IMG/VR virus record: IMGVR_UViG_3300048576_000586
Coordinates: 1-46,468 of that record
DNA from: a virus
Taxonomy: Duplodnaviria; Caudoviricetes
Length of the DNA: 46,468 nt
Strand: one strand, 5' to 3'
A program made the translations under genes and the position numbers. Under the pieces are notes generated by a model. The model saw only the letters and a list, made by a program, of their open reading frames with translations, was not told where the DNA came from and ran no database searches. Positions 1-8,258 of this stretch are shown in pieces. Position 1 is the stretch's first letter, and each line of letters begins with the position of its first letter.

Positions 1-1194
1 ATGGGCAGGCCCCCGAAAGACATCAAATACAAGCTCGATCGCGCCTCCGGGCGGTACATGGTGAGTTTCGCGGAGAGGCCAGGGGCCTACTCGATGACCC
101 CGGAAACCGATCCGCGGAAGGCTCTCGCCTGGGCGCGCCGCGCAAAGCCTCGCCTCCTCGCAGGCAATGAGAGGAAGATCCTCATCCGCGACCTCGCCTC
201 CGGATTCTTCGACGAGGGCGGAGCCTGGTATAAGAATCGCCGAGGGAAGGGCCGCGACATGACGGGAAAGTCGCTCACTGATCGCCAGGCCCATCTCGTC
301 AACTACATCATCCCGCTCTTCGGCGACTATGATATCCGCGAGCTCTCCGGCTCGATCATCGACGCGAAGATCCTTGAGGCCGAACGCTTTACCGCGCGCG
401 AAGGCCTCGATACGGCGACCTCGAAGAAGCCGCTCACGAAGGCGACGCGCTCGAAGCTCCTCTATTCGATCAAGCTCATGTACGATAGCTGGATCGTTGA
501 CGGCCTCGTCCAGTACAACCCTACCGCAGCGATCATCAAATATTCGAAGGAGCCCGAGCGGCCGCGCTCTCCCCTCCCTGACGACGTCTGCGACAAGCTC
601 TTCCCTCCTTCGCACTTCGGCCTCATCAAGGTTTGGGGCTCGAGCATGTGGGCTAGTTTCTTCGCCGTGCTCATGGACACGGGCGCACGCCCGGGCGAGA
701 TTCGCGCGACGAAGTGGAAGGACTACCACCCCGAGGACCGCTACCTCCCGATACGCAAGGCGATCGAGTCCGGTACGAAGGACAAGATCAAGACTACGAA
801 GAATAAGAAGGTGAAGCCGGCCTATCTCTCCGAGCGCACGGCGCAGGAGCTTGCGATCTGGCGCGCCGAGTCGCGGGCCTCGGGCGACAACGATTATATC
901 TGGACCGTGAAGCTCACCACGCCGCTCTCGGATGCCGCGATCGGCCAAGCCTTCGCGCGGACGCTCGAGCGCGAGGGCTTCGACTCAACCAACTGGACGC
1001 CCTACTACCTCCGGCACACCTTCGCCACGTTCGCTATGACCGTGCTTACGAAGGACGAGATGGAGATGGTTTTCGGCGATACTACCGAAGTTATGCGCAA
1101 GCACTACATCCACGAGACGGATGAGAACATGCGCATACGCTCCGATGGCGCGAAGAAGAAATTAGACGAGGCGAGGAGAAAGAAGAAGAAATAA
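1..1194 (+). CDS. int: Tyrosine recombinase / phage integrase
   Basis: Box I TGARPGE, catalytic Lys region TTKNKK, YYLRHTFAT, C-terminal KHY nucleophile. Confidence 0.92.
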   Translation: MGRPPKDIKYKLDRASGRYMVSFAERPGAYSMTPETDPRKALAWARRAKPRLLAGNERKILIRDLASGFFDEGGAWYKNRRGKGRDMTGKSLTDRQAHLVNYIIPLFGDYDIRELSGSIIDAKILEAERFTAREGLDTATSKKPLTKATRSKLLYSIKLMYDSWIVDGLVQYNPTAAIIKYSKEPERPRSPLPDDVCDKLFPPSHFGLIKVWGSSMWASFFAVLMDTGARPGEIRATKWKDYHPEDRYLPIRKAIESGTKDKIKTTKNKKVKPAYLSERTAQELAIWRAESRASGDNDYIWTVKLTTPLSDAAIGQAFARTLEREGFDSTNWTPYYLRHTFATFAMTVLTKDEMEMVFGDTTEVMRKHYIHETDENMRIRSDGAKKKLDEARRKKKK

Positions 1195-1214
1195 TTCGCC
1201 TAAGGTATTTGCAA

Positions 1215-1916
1215 TTATCCCTTGGTATAATATTCCGTTATCAATGTTCCGGATAAATAATACGAGATAGTTAAATGCGTTGAATCCGTAAAAGTAAAAC
1301 TACTGCTATCCCAATCATCATATTCATTATCCCAGAGGCGCTCCTTGAATTGCCCACTTTCAATTTTCCATTCATAGTCAAACATATACGGGGAGCCGCT
1401 AGAGGTAACTCCATAATCCTCATAGCTCGCATAATAGGAATACTTATTAGTATTAGTAAATGTTCGAGATACATATCTTGACCATTTATACTCGCTAATC
1501 GAGCTCAAGTATTCACCATGTTCAAATAATGTCCACGTTCCAATAAATCTAGAATCAGGGGCAGTAGTCGTGGCTGATCCAACTGTAACAATACAATAAT
1601 CGTATAATCCATTACTGGCCGTTGCCTTTATTATAGCGCTGCCGGGACCAATACCGGTCACAGTACCATTGGTCACTGTCGCTATTGAGGATTTATCACA
1701 AGTCCAAGTAATAGTCTTGTCTGTAGTATTGCTAGGAGAAATTATTGCCGAAAGGGTAAATGAATCACCGACCTTGCAAGTTTTGGACTTCACAGACATC
1801 GTGACACTGTTTGCATCTATAACCGAAAATGGGAGTTCGCACGAAGAAAAGAAGAGACAAACTAATAAAAGGCACACCGGCATTGGCATACATAAATTGC
1901 GGGATCTTGATAACAT
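1215..1916 (-). CDS. Lipoprotein with Big_2 Ig-like domain (AT-rich moron)
   Basis: Hydrophobic leader ending FFSSC (lipobox); LSAIISPSNTTDKTITW...IATV.NGTVTGIGPGSAIIKATASNG is a Big_2 pattern; ATG at 1916 follows GGGGGAG (ORF track starts at 1937). Confidence 0.8.
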   Translation of the reverse strand: MLSRSRNLCMPMPVCLLLVCLFFSSCELPFSVIDANSVTMSVKSKTCKVGDSFTLSAIISPSNTTDKTITWTCDKSSIATVTNGTVTGIGPGSAIIKATASNGLYDYCIVTVGSATTTAPDSRFIGTWTLFEHGEYLSSISEYKWSRYVSRTFTNTNKYSYYASYEDYGVTSSGSPYMFDYEWKIESGQFKERLWDNEYDDWDSSSFTFTDSTHLTISYYLSGTLITEYYTKG

Positions 1917-2025
1917 CTTCTCCCCCTTTTCAATCATCCGTAAACTCTAATACCCTCATCTTGGCCAAGGCGAACGGCACACGCGGAAACGCGCAGAGAG
2001 TCGCTCCTCAGTCGAGGAGTATTCT

Positions 2026-2202
2026 GTGCCGACCGATATTCAAGACCTCGCCGTGCGTCACAATCTAAAATCCCACGATATAGCGGAACGGCTGGAAGTC
2101 AACCCGGCAACCGCTAAGCGGATGCTCAAATCTCCGGGGCCTGGGTATATTCCAGCCACCCCCGAGCAGCTTGAAAAGCTGAAGAGAAGCGTCGGCGAAT
2201 AG
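2026..2202 (+). CDS. Small HTH DNA-binding protein (58 aa, not in ORF track)
   Basis: GAGGAG at 2014-2019, GTG at 2026; MPTDIQDLAVRHNLKSHDIAERLEVNPATAKRMLK has an HTH pattern. Confidence 0.6.
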   Translation: MPTDIQDLAVRHNLKSHDIAERLEVNPATAKRMLKSPGPGYIPATPEQLEKLKRSVGE

Positions 2203-2233
2203 GCTCCGGCTGGGCGTGGGCCTGGCGGAGTCT

Positions 2234-2401
2234 ATGACTATCGAATCTCTGCGCGAGATCCTCGAGGATATGCTCGCCGCCGCCTCCGATGACCTACGGC
2301 GCGCGAAGCTGGATGGCGACGAGGCCGAGGCCGAATTGATAAAGGTTGAGCGCGATACACTTGCTCGGGTAATCGCACTGATTGAACCCGGCGCACCCTA
2401 G
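2234..2401 (+). CDS. Small helical hypothetical protein
   Basis: GGCGGAG RBS, ATG at 2234, amphipathic helical sequence. Confidence 0.5.
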   Translation: MTIESLREILEDMLAAASDDLRRAKLDGDEAEAELIKVERDTLARVIALIEPGAP

Positions 2402-2603
2402 CACCCTGCCCAAAATACTCCTGCACGATCCGGTAGACATAGCGCTCGAGCAGCTCGAGCACATCCTCGCCCGAGATCCGCGCCGCACGCTCGAAAGTCG
2501 CAAAGGTCGATAGCGGTAGCTGGATCAATAGTCTCAGCTCTCCATACCGTAGGATCTCAACCTCTTTCGTGCGCTTCACTTTTGGAAATTCATATAATTG
2601 CAT
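2238..2603 (-). CDS. Hypothetical protein (N-terminal half plausible)
   Basis: ORF co-oriented with and downstream of the repressor; 3' half overlaps a plus-strand ORF; no clear RBS. Confidence 0.35.
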   Translation of the reverse strand: MQLYEFPKVKRTKEVEILRYGELRLLIQLPLSTFATFERAARISGEDVLELLERYVYRIVQEYFGQGARVRRVQSVRLPEQVYRAQPLSIRPRPRRHPASRAVGHRRRRRAYPRGSRAEIR

Positions 2604-2650
2604 GTGTAAGGAATCGGTTTCCTTAACATATTTACCTTGTAGACATTCGT

Positions 2651-3085
2651 CTACGCCTGCTTTTTGTGCCCCTCGGTGCCCCTTCTAGCGAGGGCCGGGC
2701 GATGCCCGCGCTCGATCGCGGCCTGGTCCTCCTCGGATAGCTGCCGGTCGTCAACCTCGCGGGAGGGCGCCGGCCGAGGCTCGGGGCCGAGGATGGCGTC
2801 GAGGCCGAGGAGGACGCGATCGAGCTCTTCGTCGGTCCGGGGCTCGAGGCGCGCCATTATGTGAGCTATCAGAGATCCCTTCATATCGTCTTTCCCTGTA
2901 ACAAGATATTCAACTGTAGTATGTAATACTCTCGCCATCTCTGCCGCTTCATCGGCACGCGGCAAGTTCCCCTTCGCGCGATACGAATTGTACGAAGCGC
3001 GCGTAAGGCCCGCCGAGTTGGCGACGGCCTCGATCGTCGTATTCTGTTCCCGGGCTAGGAGTTTTACCCGGTCAAAGAAATCCAT
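2651..3085 (-). CDS. XRE-family HTH repressor (CI-like)
   Basis: MDFFDRVKLLAREQNTTIEAVANSAGLTRASYNSYRAKGNLPRADEAAEMARVLHTTVEYLVTG is an HTH_XRE pattern; divergent from the early operon; no S24 peptidase domain. Confidence 0.85.
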   Translation of the reverse strand: MDFFDRVKLLAREQNTTIEAVANSAGLTRASYNSYRAKGNLPRADEAAEMARVLHTTVEYLVTGKDDMKGSLIAHIMARLEPRTDEELDRVLLGLDAILGPEPRPAPSREVDDRQLSEEDQAAIERGHRPALARRGTEGHKKQA

Positions 3086-3131
3086 ACTTACAATATCGCG
3101 AAAAAAAGTACCGCCGACGCAACTTTTTCGC

Positions 3132-3195
3132 TTGACATTGTATCCCCCAGGGTTTACCACAAGAGCATATTGTTTCTCGGGGGCTACAATGTCAG
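3132..3195. promoter_or_regulatory. Inverted repeat carrying face-to-face promoter candidates (immunity switch)
   Basis: TGACATTGTAtCCCCC (3133-3148) vs GGGGGcTACAATGTCA (3179-3194); plus strand TTGACA-17-TACCAC, minus strand CTGACA-17-CAATAT. Confidence 0.6.
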
Positions 3196-3398
3196 TACGG
3201 ATTGGTCGCTATAAGCTTCGAAAAATCGGAAGTCGCGGCTCTGCGGTGACGGTCCCGGAAGTCTATCTCGACGACGTCCAGCTCAAGCAAAGTGACGACG
3301 TCGACCTTTCCCGCATAGGACGCCTACTCATCATCTCCCCGGTCGGGGTCTCCGTCGATAGCGAGCTCGCCTCCCTGCGCGAGAGGACGGAGATATGA
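3189..3398 (+). CDS. AbrB/MazE/SpoVT-type DNA-binding protein in the Cro position
   Basis: KLRKIGSRGSAVTVPEVYLDDVQLKQSDDVDLSRIGRLLIISP swapped-hairpin pattern; ATG at 3189. Confidence 0.75.
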   Translation: MSVRIGRYKLRKIGSRGSAVTVPEVYLDDVQLKQSDDVDLSRIGRLLIISPVGVSVDSELASLRERTEI

Positions 3399-4171
3399 CC
3401 ATCTTCAGCCTCGCCGCCGACATGGGCCTAACCTGCAAGAGCGCGATCAAGAAGATCGCCAAGGCCGAGCTCAACATCAATTACCCCTACACCGACCTCG
3501 AGCCCGAGGACGTCGAGCGCCTGCGCCCCCTCTTCAAGAAGGAGGCCCTCCGGCGCGCCCGCATCCAGGCGGAGCTTCCGGGGCTCAGGGCCGAGCCGGC
3601 GCCCCGCGTCTTCCAGTTCGACAAGTTCCGCGTCCGCATCCTCGACCGCGAGGGCACGCCCTGGTTCATCGCCAAGGACGTCTGCGACGCGCTCAAGATC
3701 AAGAACGCCAGCGACGCTATCTCCCGGCTGGACAAGGACGAGCGCGGCACTATCGGAATTTCCGATAGTGTCAACGGGCATCAACTCCTCATCCTCTCCG
3801 AGTCCGGCCTCTTCTCCCTCCTCCTCCGCTGCCAGGGCGCGACGACCGAAGGCACCGACGCTCACCGCTTCCGCCGTTGGGTGACGCACGAGGTCCTGCC
3901 CACGATCCGCCGCGAGGGCGAGTACAAGGGCTCGGCGCCGAAGCAGCCACCGAAGACCACCTCCCGCCCCGTCATCTCCGCCGCCCTCGCCCGAGAGTAC
4001 CGCCTCGCCGCCGAGCACAAGCTCATGAGCGCAGGCGACTTCCAATTCCTGATCGGCCTCCCTGCCCTCCGCTTGGGCGGCTCCCCCTCCCCTGCCGAGC
4101 CCCGCGCGAGCGAGGCCGAGGCCGCCGAAGCCTTCAAGAAGCTCGAGGAGCTGGCTGGAGCGCGATCATGA
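3395..4171 (+). CDS. BRO-N domain antirepressor-like protein
   Basis: VRILDREGTPWFIAKDVCDAL...LSESGLFSLLLR...AHRFRRWVTHEVLPTIRREGEY. Confidence 0.9.
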   Translation: MTIFSLAADMGLTCKSAIKKIAKAELNINYPYTDLEPEDVERLRPLFKKEALRRARIQAELPGLRAEPAPRVFQFDKFRVRILDREGTPWFIAKDVCDALKIKNASDAISRLDKDERGTIGISDSVNGHQLLILSESGLFSLLLRCQGATTEGTDAHRFRRWVTHEVLPTIRREGEYKGSAPKQPPKTTSRPVISAALAREYRLAAEHKLMSAGDFQFLIGLPALRLGGSPSPAEPRASEAEAAEAFKKLEELAGARS

Positions 4172-4425
4172 TCTTCAACATCACCCCCGACGACATGGCC
4201 GACGCGCGCCGCCTCATGACCGACGGCGCCCTCACCGAAGCCGATCGCTTCCTTCGCGACTCCCTACTCGAGCGCTTCAATAACGCCCTAGGCGAGCGCG
4301 ACGCCCTCGAGCGCCGGGCGACCGCCTGGGAGGGCGCCTTCGACAGGTATCTAGCCGAAGTCCGCGAGATCGCGCGGCCTACGAAGGACGGGCTCGCGCA
4401 CGAGCGCGGGAGGGCAGAGGGATGA
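4168..4425 (+). CDS. Hypothetical phage protein
   Basis: ATGA coupling at both ends. Confidence 0.65.
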   Translation: MIFNITPDDMADARRLMTDGALTEADRFLRDSLLERFNNALGERDALERRATAWEGAFDRYLAEVREIARPTKDGLAHERGRAEG

Positions 4426-4529
4426 GCGAGCTTTACTACTCCCTGGCCAACGCCTTCCCCGTAATCATCCTCCTCTGCGCTCTCTGCGCCTGGATCGGTT
4501 ACGAAGTCGGCAAAGCGAGGAAGGAATGA
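4422..4529 (+). CDS. Small single-TM membrane peptide (35 aa, not in ORF track)
   Basis: MSELYYSLANAFPVIILLCALCAWIGYEVGKARKE; fills the gap with ATGA overlaps on both sides. Confidence 0.6.
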   Translation: MSELYYSLANAFPVIILLCALCAWIGYEVGKARKE

Positions 4530-4861
4530 TCAGCGCGCACGAGAACCTCGCCACCGCGATCGATGAGCTCATCGCCGAAGTAGTCGCACTCCGGGGCGAG
4601 GTCTCCGAGCTCCGCCGCGAGAAAGACGAGCGCATGGTCACGGGCACCGTCGCGGGGCAGCTTCTCGGCTATTCGCGCACCTACATCTCGCCGACGCGCA
4701 CGCCCTGGCGCTACCCCGGATTCCGCGTAGGGCAGGAGAAGCACACCCTCTCCGCCTGGCGCGCGCACCTGAAAGGCGACAAGACCGATAAGCAGCTCCG
4801 CGCCGAGTGGGAAGCGCTCCCGTGGAAGCAGCGCTCGAAGCTCATGGGGATTGCCGTATGA
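4526..4861 (+). CDS. Hypothetical protein (coiled coil plus possible HTH)
   Basis: VAGQLLGYSRTYI HTH-like segment; ATGA coupled. Confidence 0.65.
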   Translation: MISAHENLATAIDELIAEVVALRGEVSELRREKDERMVTGTVAGQLLGYSRTYISPTRTPWRYPGFRVGQEKHTLSAWRAHLKGDKTDKQLRAEWEALPWKQRSKLMGIAV

Positions 4862-5088
4862 AGCATCACCGCGTCCACATCTCCTACATCTGCGACGCTT
4901 TCGGCTGCGAGCCTCGCACGGCCGAGCGTTGGTGCCAGCTCGGGAACTTCAAGACCGCCTGCAAGGCTACGGACACGAGCCGGTGGACGGTCGAGAAGAG
5001 CGAGATCGACCAGCTCCTCAAGGCGCGCCTCGAGGCCGCGAAAGCCGAAGCCGCCAAGTCTGGGGCGAAGGAAAGGCAGAAGGTATGA
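4858..5088 (+). CDS. Excisionase-like winged HTH protein
   Basis: ISYICDAFGCEPRTAERWCQLGNF...SRWTVEKSEIDQLL fits the Xis/HTH_17 pattern. Confidence 0.65.
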   Translation: MKHHRVHISYICDAFGCEPRTAERWCQLGNFKTACKATDTSRWTVEKSEIDQLLKARLEAAKAEAAKSGAKERQKV

Positions 5089-5285
5089 CTATCCCCCGCT
5101 CCCTCCACATCCTCCTCGCGATCAGCTCGGCCCTCGAGCGCATCCTTCGCGCCCTCTTCGGCTGGCTCCTCTGCGCATGCTCAGGCCATCCCTCGGATGC
5201 CTGGATCCCGACCGGCGAGACCCTGGATGACGGCAAGCATAAGCGCTGCCGGTGCTCGCGATGTGGGTGGAAGGAGTGGCGATGA
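5085..5285 (+). CDS. Small Zn-binding prophage protein (DUF1660-like)
   Basis: LLCACSGH...CRCSRCG. Confidence 0.55.
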   Translation: MTIPRSLHILLAISSALERILRALFGWLLCACSGHPSDAWIPTGETLDDGKHKRCRCSRCGWKEWR

Positions 5286-5671
5286 GCGAGCGCCTTAGCC
5301 CCAAGGAAGTAGCCGCGCTCTTCGCGCCTGAGAAAAAGCGGGGCCGGATCCGCGTCTCCATCAAGGCGAAGCGGACCCTCGACGGCCAGCTCTTCGCCTC
5401 GGAAGCCGAGATGAACCGCTTCGCCGAGCTCCAGATGCTCGAGCGCGCGGGCCTCATCGAGGGCCTCGAGCGACAGCCTCGCTTTGAGCTCCAGCTCGAC
5501 AAGAAAGCGGGCTCTATTACCTACATCGCCGACTTCCGTTACCGAAACCTCGAAACGAATTCGGTCATCGTTGAAGACGTGAAGGGCATGAAGACCGACG
5601 TGTACAAGCTCAAGAAAAAGCTGTTTCTAGCGCGTTACCCGCAATACGAGTTTCGCGAAATCCAAGTTTGA
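5282..5671 (+). CDS. DUF1064-family PD-(D/E)XK nuclease-like protein
   Basis: DGQLFASEAE..RF.EL...LERQPRFEL...YIADFRY...VEDVKG...YKLKKKLF. Confidence 0.85.
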   Translation: MSERLSPKEVAALFAPEKKRGRIRVSIKAKRTLDGQLFASEAEMNRFAELQMLERAGLIEGLERQPRFELQLDKKAGSITYIADFRYRNLETNSVIVEDVKGMKTDVYKLKKKLFLARYPQYEFREIQV

Positions 5672-5685
5672 AAAGGAGGAAGTAG

Positions 5686-6021
5686 GTGGAAAGGACGACC
5701 CTGAACAACGTCGCCGGAGGAGCAGCCGCGGAGCTCTTCGAGCACGAGCTTCAGAAGGTTCTCGCCAACATCGCCGACGACGAAATGCCGGCAACAGCGA
5801 CGCGCGAGATTACCCTGAAGATCTCGTTTAAGCCCTCGGCGACAAGGCAAGAAGTTGCCTACGCCGTCACGGCGGACTCAAAGCTCCCGAAGGGAATCGG
5901 CGGGACCGTGGGCCTTATGTACGTCGTCAACGACGACGGCGAGCTGAAGGCATCGAATTCGAATCCCAAGCAACTGAAGCTCACGGATCAGCTTCAGGCG
6001 GCGAAGGAAAGGAGAGGCTAG
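5686..6021 (+). CDS. Conserved phage protein (often labelled replication terminator-like)
   Basis: GAAAELFEHELQKVLANIAD...REITLKISFKP; GGAGG RBS. Confidence 0.7.
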   Translation: MERTTLNNVAGGAAAELFEHELQKVLANIADDEMPATATREITLKISFKPSATRQEVAYAVTADSKLPKGIGGTVGLMYVVNDDGELKASNSNPKQLKLTDQLQAAKERRG

Positions 6022-6780
6022 ATGGAATCGGATCTCACCGTCCCCGTCATCGAAAAGATCGAGAAGCTCGTCAAGGCGGCGAACGAGAAGGACAACCGCA
6101 TAGTCGAGCTCGACCTTGGCGCGGGGCCGAAGCTCTTCGACACGCAGAACCTCCGGCGTATCTACGACGACCCGCGGCCGGATACCCTCGAGGTATCTTC
6201 CCTCTCCGCGATCGCCGCCTACGTCCGCGACAAGCTCGAGGGCATCGACCCGGCGAAGCTCTTCGCTCGCATCGTCTCCCCGACTCGCGTCGAGCTCCTC
6301 GAGGCCTTCTCGGGCGATCAGAAGGCTCGGACCTGCTTCATGGTCGCGAAGCTCGGGAACGATGCCGAGCCCTTCAAGTTCGGCTCCTGGTACGAGACCG
6401 AGGCCTTCATCATCGCCCTCATGTCGCTCTTCGAGAATACCGAAGATCGCGGCGTCGTCCTCACGATCGCCTCGAGCCTCGTCTCGGAGGCCAAGATCGC
6501 GAAGCTCGACAACGGCTCGACCACGAAGACCCAGGCCAACGCGGGCATCATCAACACCTCCGACGCGGTCGATCCCGGTGTCGCCGTTCTCCAGCCCTTC
6601 CGGACCTTCCGCCAGATCGAGCAGCCCGCCTCGAGCTTCCTCTTCCGCTACCGCGCCCAGGGCGACGAAGTAGTCCTCACCCTCATCGAAGCGGACGGCG
6701 GCGCCTGGAAGCACGAGGCCATGAAGCGCATCGCGGACTACTTCGATAAGGAAGTCCCCGAGCTCCAGGTCATCGCCTAG
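6022..6780 (+). CDS. Conserved phage hypothetical protein
   Basis: LQPFRTFRQIEQPASSFLFR...LIEADGGAWK motif, usually found paired with the preceding gene. Confidence 0.75.
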   Translation: MESDLTVPVIEKIEKLVKAANEKDNRIVELDLGAGPKLFDTQNLRRIYDDPRPDTLEVSSLSAIAAYVRDKLEGIDPAKLFARIVSPTRVELLEAFSGDQKARTCFMVAKLGNDAEPFKFGSWYETEAFIIALMSLFENTEDRGVVLTIASSLVSEAKIAKLDNGSTTKTQANAGIINTSDAVDPGVAVLQPFRTFRQIEQPASSFLFRYRAQGDEVVLTLIEADGGAWKHEAMKRIADYFDKEVPELQVIA

Positions 6781-6834
6781 CCCATGGAATCAAGCGACCC
6801 GCGCCGCTTCTAGCGCGGGGAAAGGTAGGTATAG

Positions 6835-7197
6835 GTGAGGAAGAAAATCTTCTTCATCGCGGTCGCCTTGGCGTTGCTCTGCTTCGCCATCCCGGCCGTC
6901 GCTTCGCCCCCGGTGGAGCTGCCCAGCCTCGAGGCCCTCGGCCCCGTCGCTAACGTAGCCCCCGCCGCCATCGCCTTCCAGGAGGCCGCGCCCGTCATCA
7001 GCGCCGAGCCTATCGCGAGCATCGCGACTTCTTCGAGCTCCGAGCGAATAGGTACCGCTCTCCTCGTCGCCCTGCTTTTCGTAACCACCGCGGCCACGCT
7101 GGCCGGCCTCATACGCGGGACTCGTTCCCAGGATGCGCGCCTGAGACTGGAGAGAGGGATCGCCTACAGGTCGATGGAGGCCCGGAGGTGGGTTTAG
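6835..7197 (+). CDS. Membrane protein (signal peptide plus C-terminal TM)
   Basis: N-terminal MRKKIFFIAVALALLCFAIPAVA; TM GTALLVALLFVTTAATLAGLI. Confidence 0.6.
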   Translation: MRKKIFFIAVALALLCFAIPAVASPPVELPSLEALGPVANVAPAAIAFQEAAPVISAEPIASIATSSSSERIGTALLVALLFVTTAATLAGLIRGTRSQDARLRLERGIAYRSMEARRWV

Positions 7198-7225
7198 CCG
7201 CCCTCGCCAGCTAATGAACTAACTG

Positions 7226-7260
7226 CCCGGCGCGGCGTGCGCGCCATTGCGCCGGGTTTT
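7226..7260 (+). terminator. Rho-independent terminator candidate
   Basis: CCCGGCGC...GCGCCGGG followed by TTTT. Confidence 0.6.
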
Positions 7261-7399
7261 CCTACAAGATCAAGGCCCGAAAAACTCGGGCCGCCGCTTC
7301 GAGCGGCATCAAGGCGGCCGGGCCTAAGTGAGCATTATCCCCGGCCGCAAGTTTCTTGGGGTGCAAGGGCGCCAGGGGAGGCGCCTCCTGAGCGAGCGG

Positions 7400-7705
7400 A
7401 TGGTATCCGCCGGAATCGGGAACACACCGAATGCAGCGTTCGAGTCGCTGTCACCCCGTATGCCCTTGTACGAAGTGACGATGAAGCTGACCACCTACGT
7501 CCGCGTCGACGGGGGAACCGACGACGAAGTCGCCGCGCTCGCTCAACGCGCGATCGCGAACGGGCCATGCATCTCCGTGAAGGTCGGACAGGGCGAGGGT
7601 CGCGATCTGCATTGCGGCGACTACTGCGTAAAGAGCATGAGCGCCGAAGTCGAGAAGGTCGCGCCATGGTTAGGGAATCGGCAGATGAAAGAGGAGGGAT
7701 CATGA
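7400..7705 (+). CDS. Hypothetical protein (start uncertain: 7328, 7400 or 7460)
   Basis: Phage-like codon use in the 3' part; ATGA coupled to the next gene. Confidence 0.5.
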   Translation: MVSAGIGNTPNAAFESLSPRMPLYEVTMKLTTYVRVDGGTDDEVAALAQRAIANGPCISVKVGQGEGRDLHCGDYCVKSMSAEVEKVAPWLGNRQMKEEGS

Positions 7706-7971
7706 GCACCATCATCACCGTCGCTGTCGTAGTAGTCGTTAGCGCTGCCCTAATCGTCGCTGTCTTCGCGATTAGCGCCGGCATCCTCTCCGGCTTGATC
7801 TCTCAGCAGGAAGAGCGTTTCGAGGGCCCCGATCGCACAATCCCCGCCCAGGTCGTCGAGATGCCCGGCGAAGCTCCGCCTGTCGTCGCCTATCCCCTGC
7901 CTGAGCGCTACGACAGCCACGGCCGGCCGCGAGAGATCCCCGCCGCCGAAGTGGCGAAGGGGTCGGCGTGA
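7702..7971 (+). CDS. Small membrane protein
   Basis: GAGGAGG RBS; N-terminal TM IITVAVVVVVSAALIVAVFAI. Confidence 0.65.
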   Translation: MSTIITVAVVVVVSAALIVAVFAISAGILSGLISQQEERFEGPDRTIPAQVVEMPGEAPPVVAYPLPERYDSHGRPREIPAAEVAKGSA

Positions 7972-8258
7972 AAATCCTCGGCTTAGAGATTCGCCGCGCT
8001 CGGCCCGCCTGGGCTCGACAGCGCGACATCTTCTTCAAGTGTCCGAAGTGCGGCGACTTCGTGAAGCTCCGCAAGCTCGAGAACGGCGACACAATCCTGA
8101 CCGCTCTTTACGGGGCCAATGTCATCGAGCGAATAGAGCTCGAATGCAAATGCGGCGGCATGATCACGATTTGCTCACAGGAATTCGCGGTTGAGGCGAA
8201 AGGTCCCGTTGACTGGAAAAAAATCGTAGCTCGCACTCTCGAGGCGGCGAAATCATGA
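7968..8258 (+). CDS. Zn-ribbon protein, paralogue 1
   Basis: CPKC...CKCGG; 74/96 residues identical to 10820..11110 by manual alignment. Confidence 0.75.
   Translation: MKILGLEIRRARPAWARQRDIFFKCPKCGDFVKLRKLENGDTILTALYGANVIERIELECKCGGMITICSQEFAVEAKGPVDWKKIVARTLEAAKS

Noticed and set aside
1-60. attL/attR core repeats
   Set aside because: The window is cut at gene boundaries and no direct repeat between the two ends could be identified
3189-3398. MazE antitoxin of a type II TA pair
   Set aside because: The downstream gene is a BRO protein, not a MazF/VapC toxin
7261-7390. tRNA gene
   Set aside because: No T-loop GTTCRA, D-loop consensus or acceptor stem
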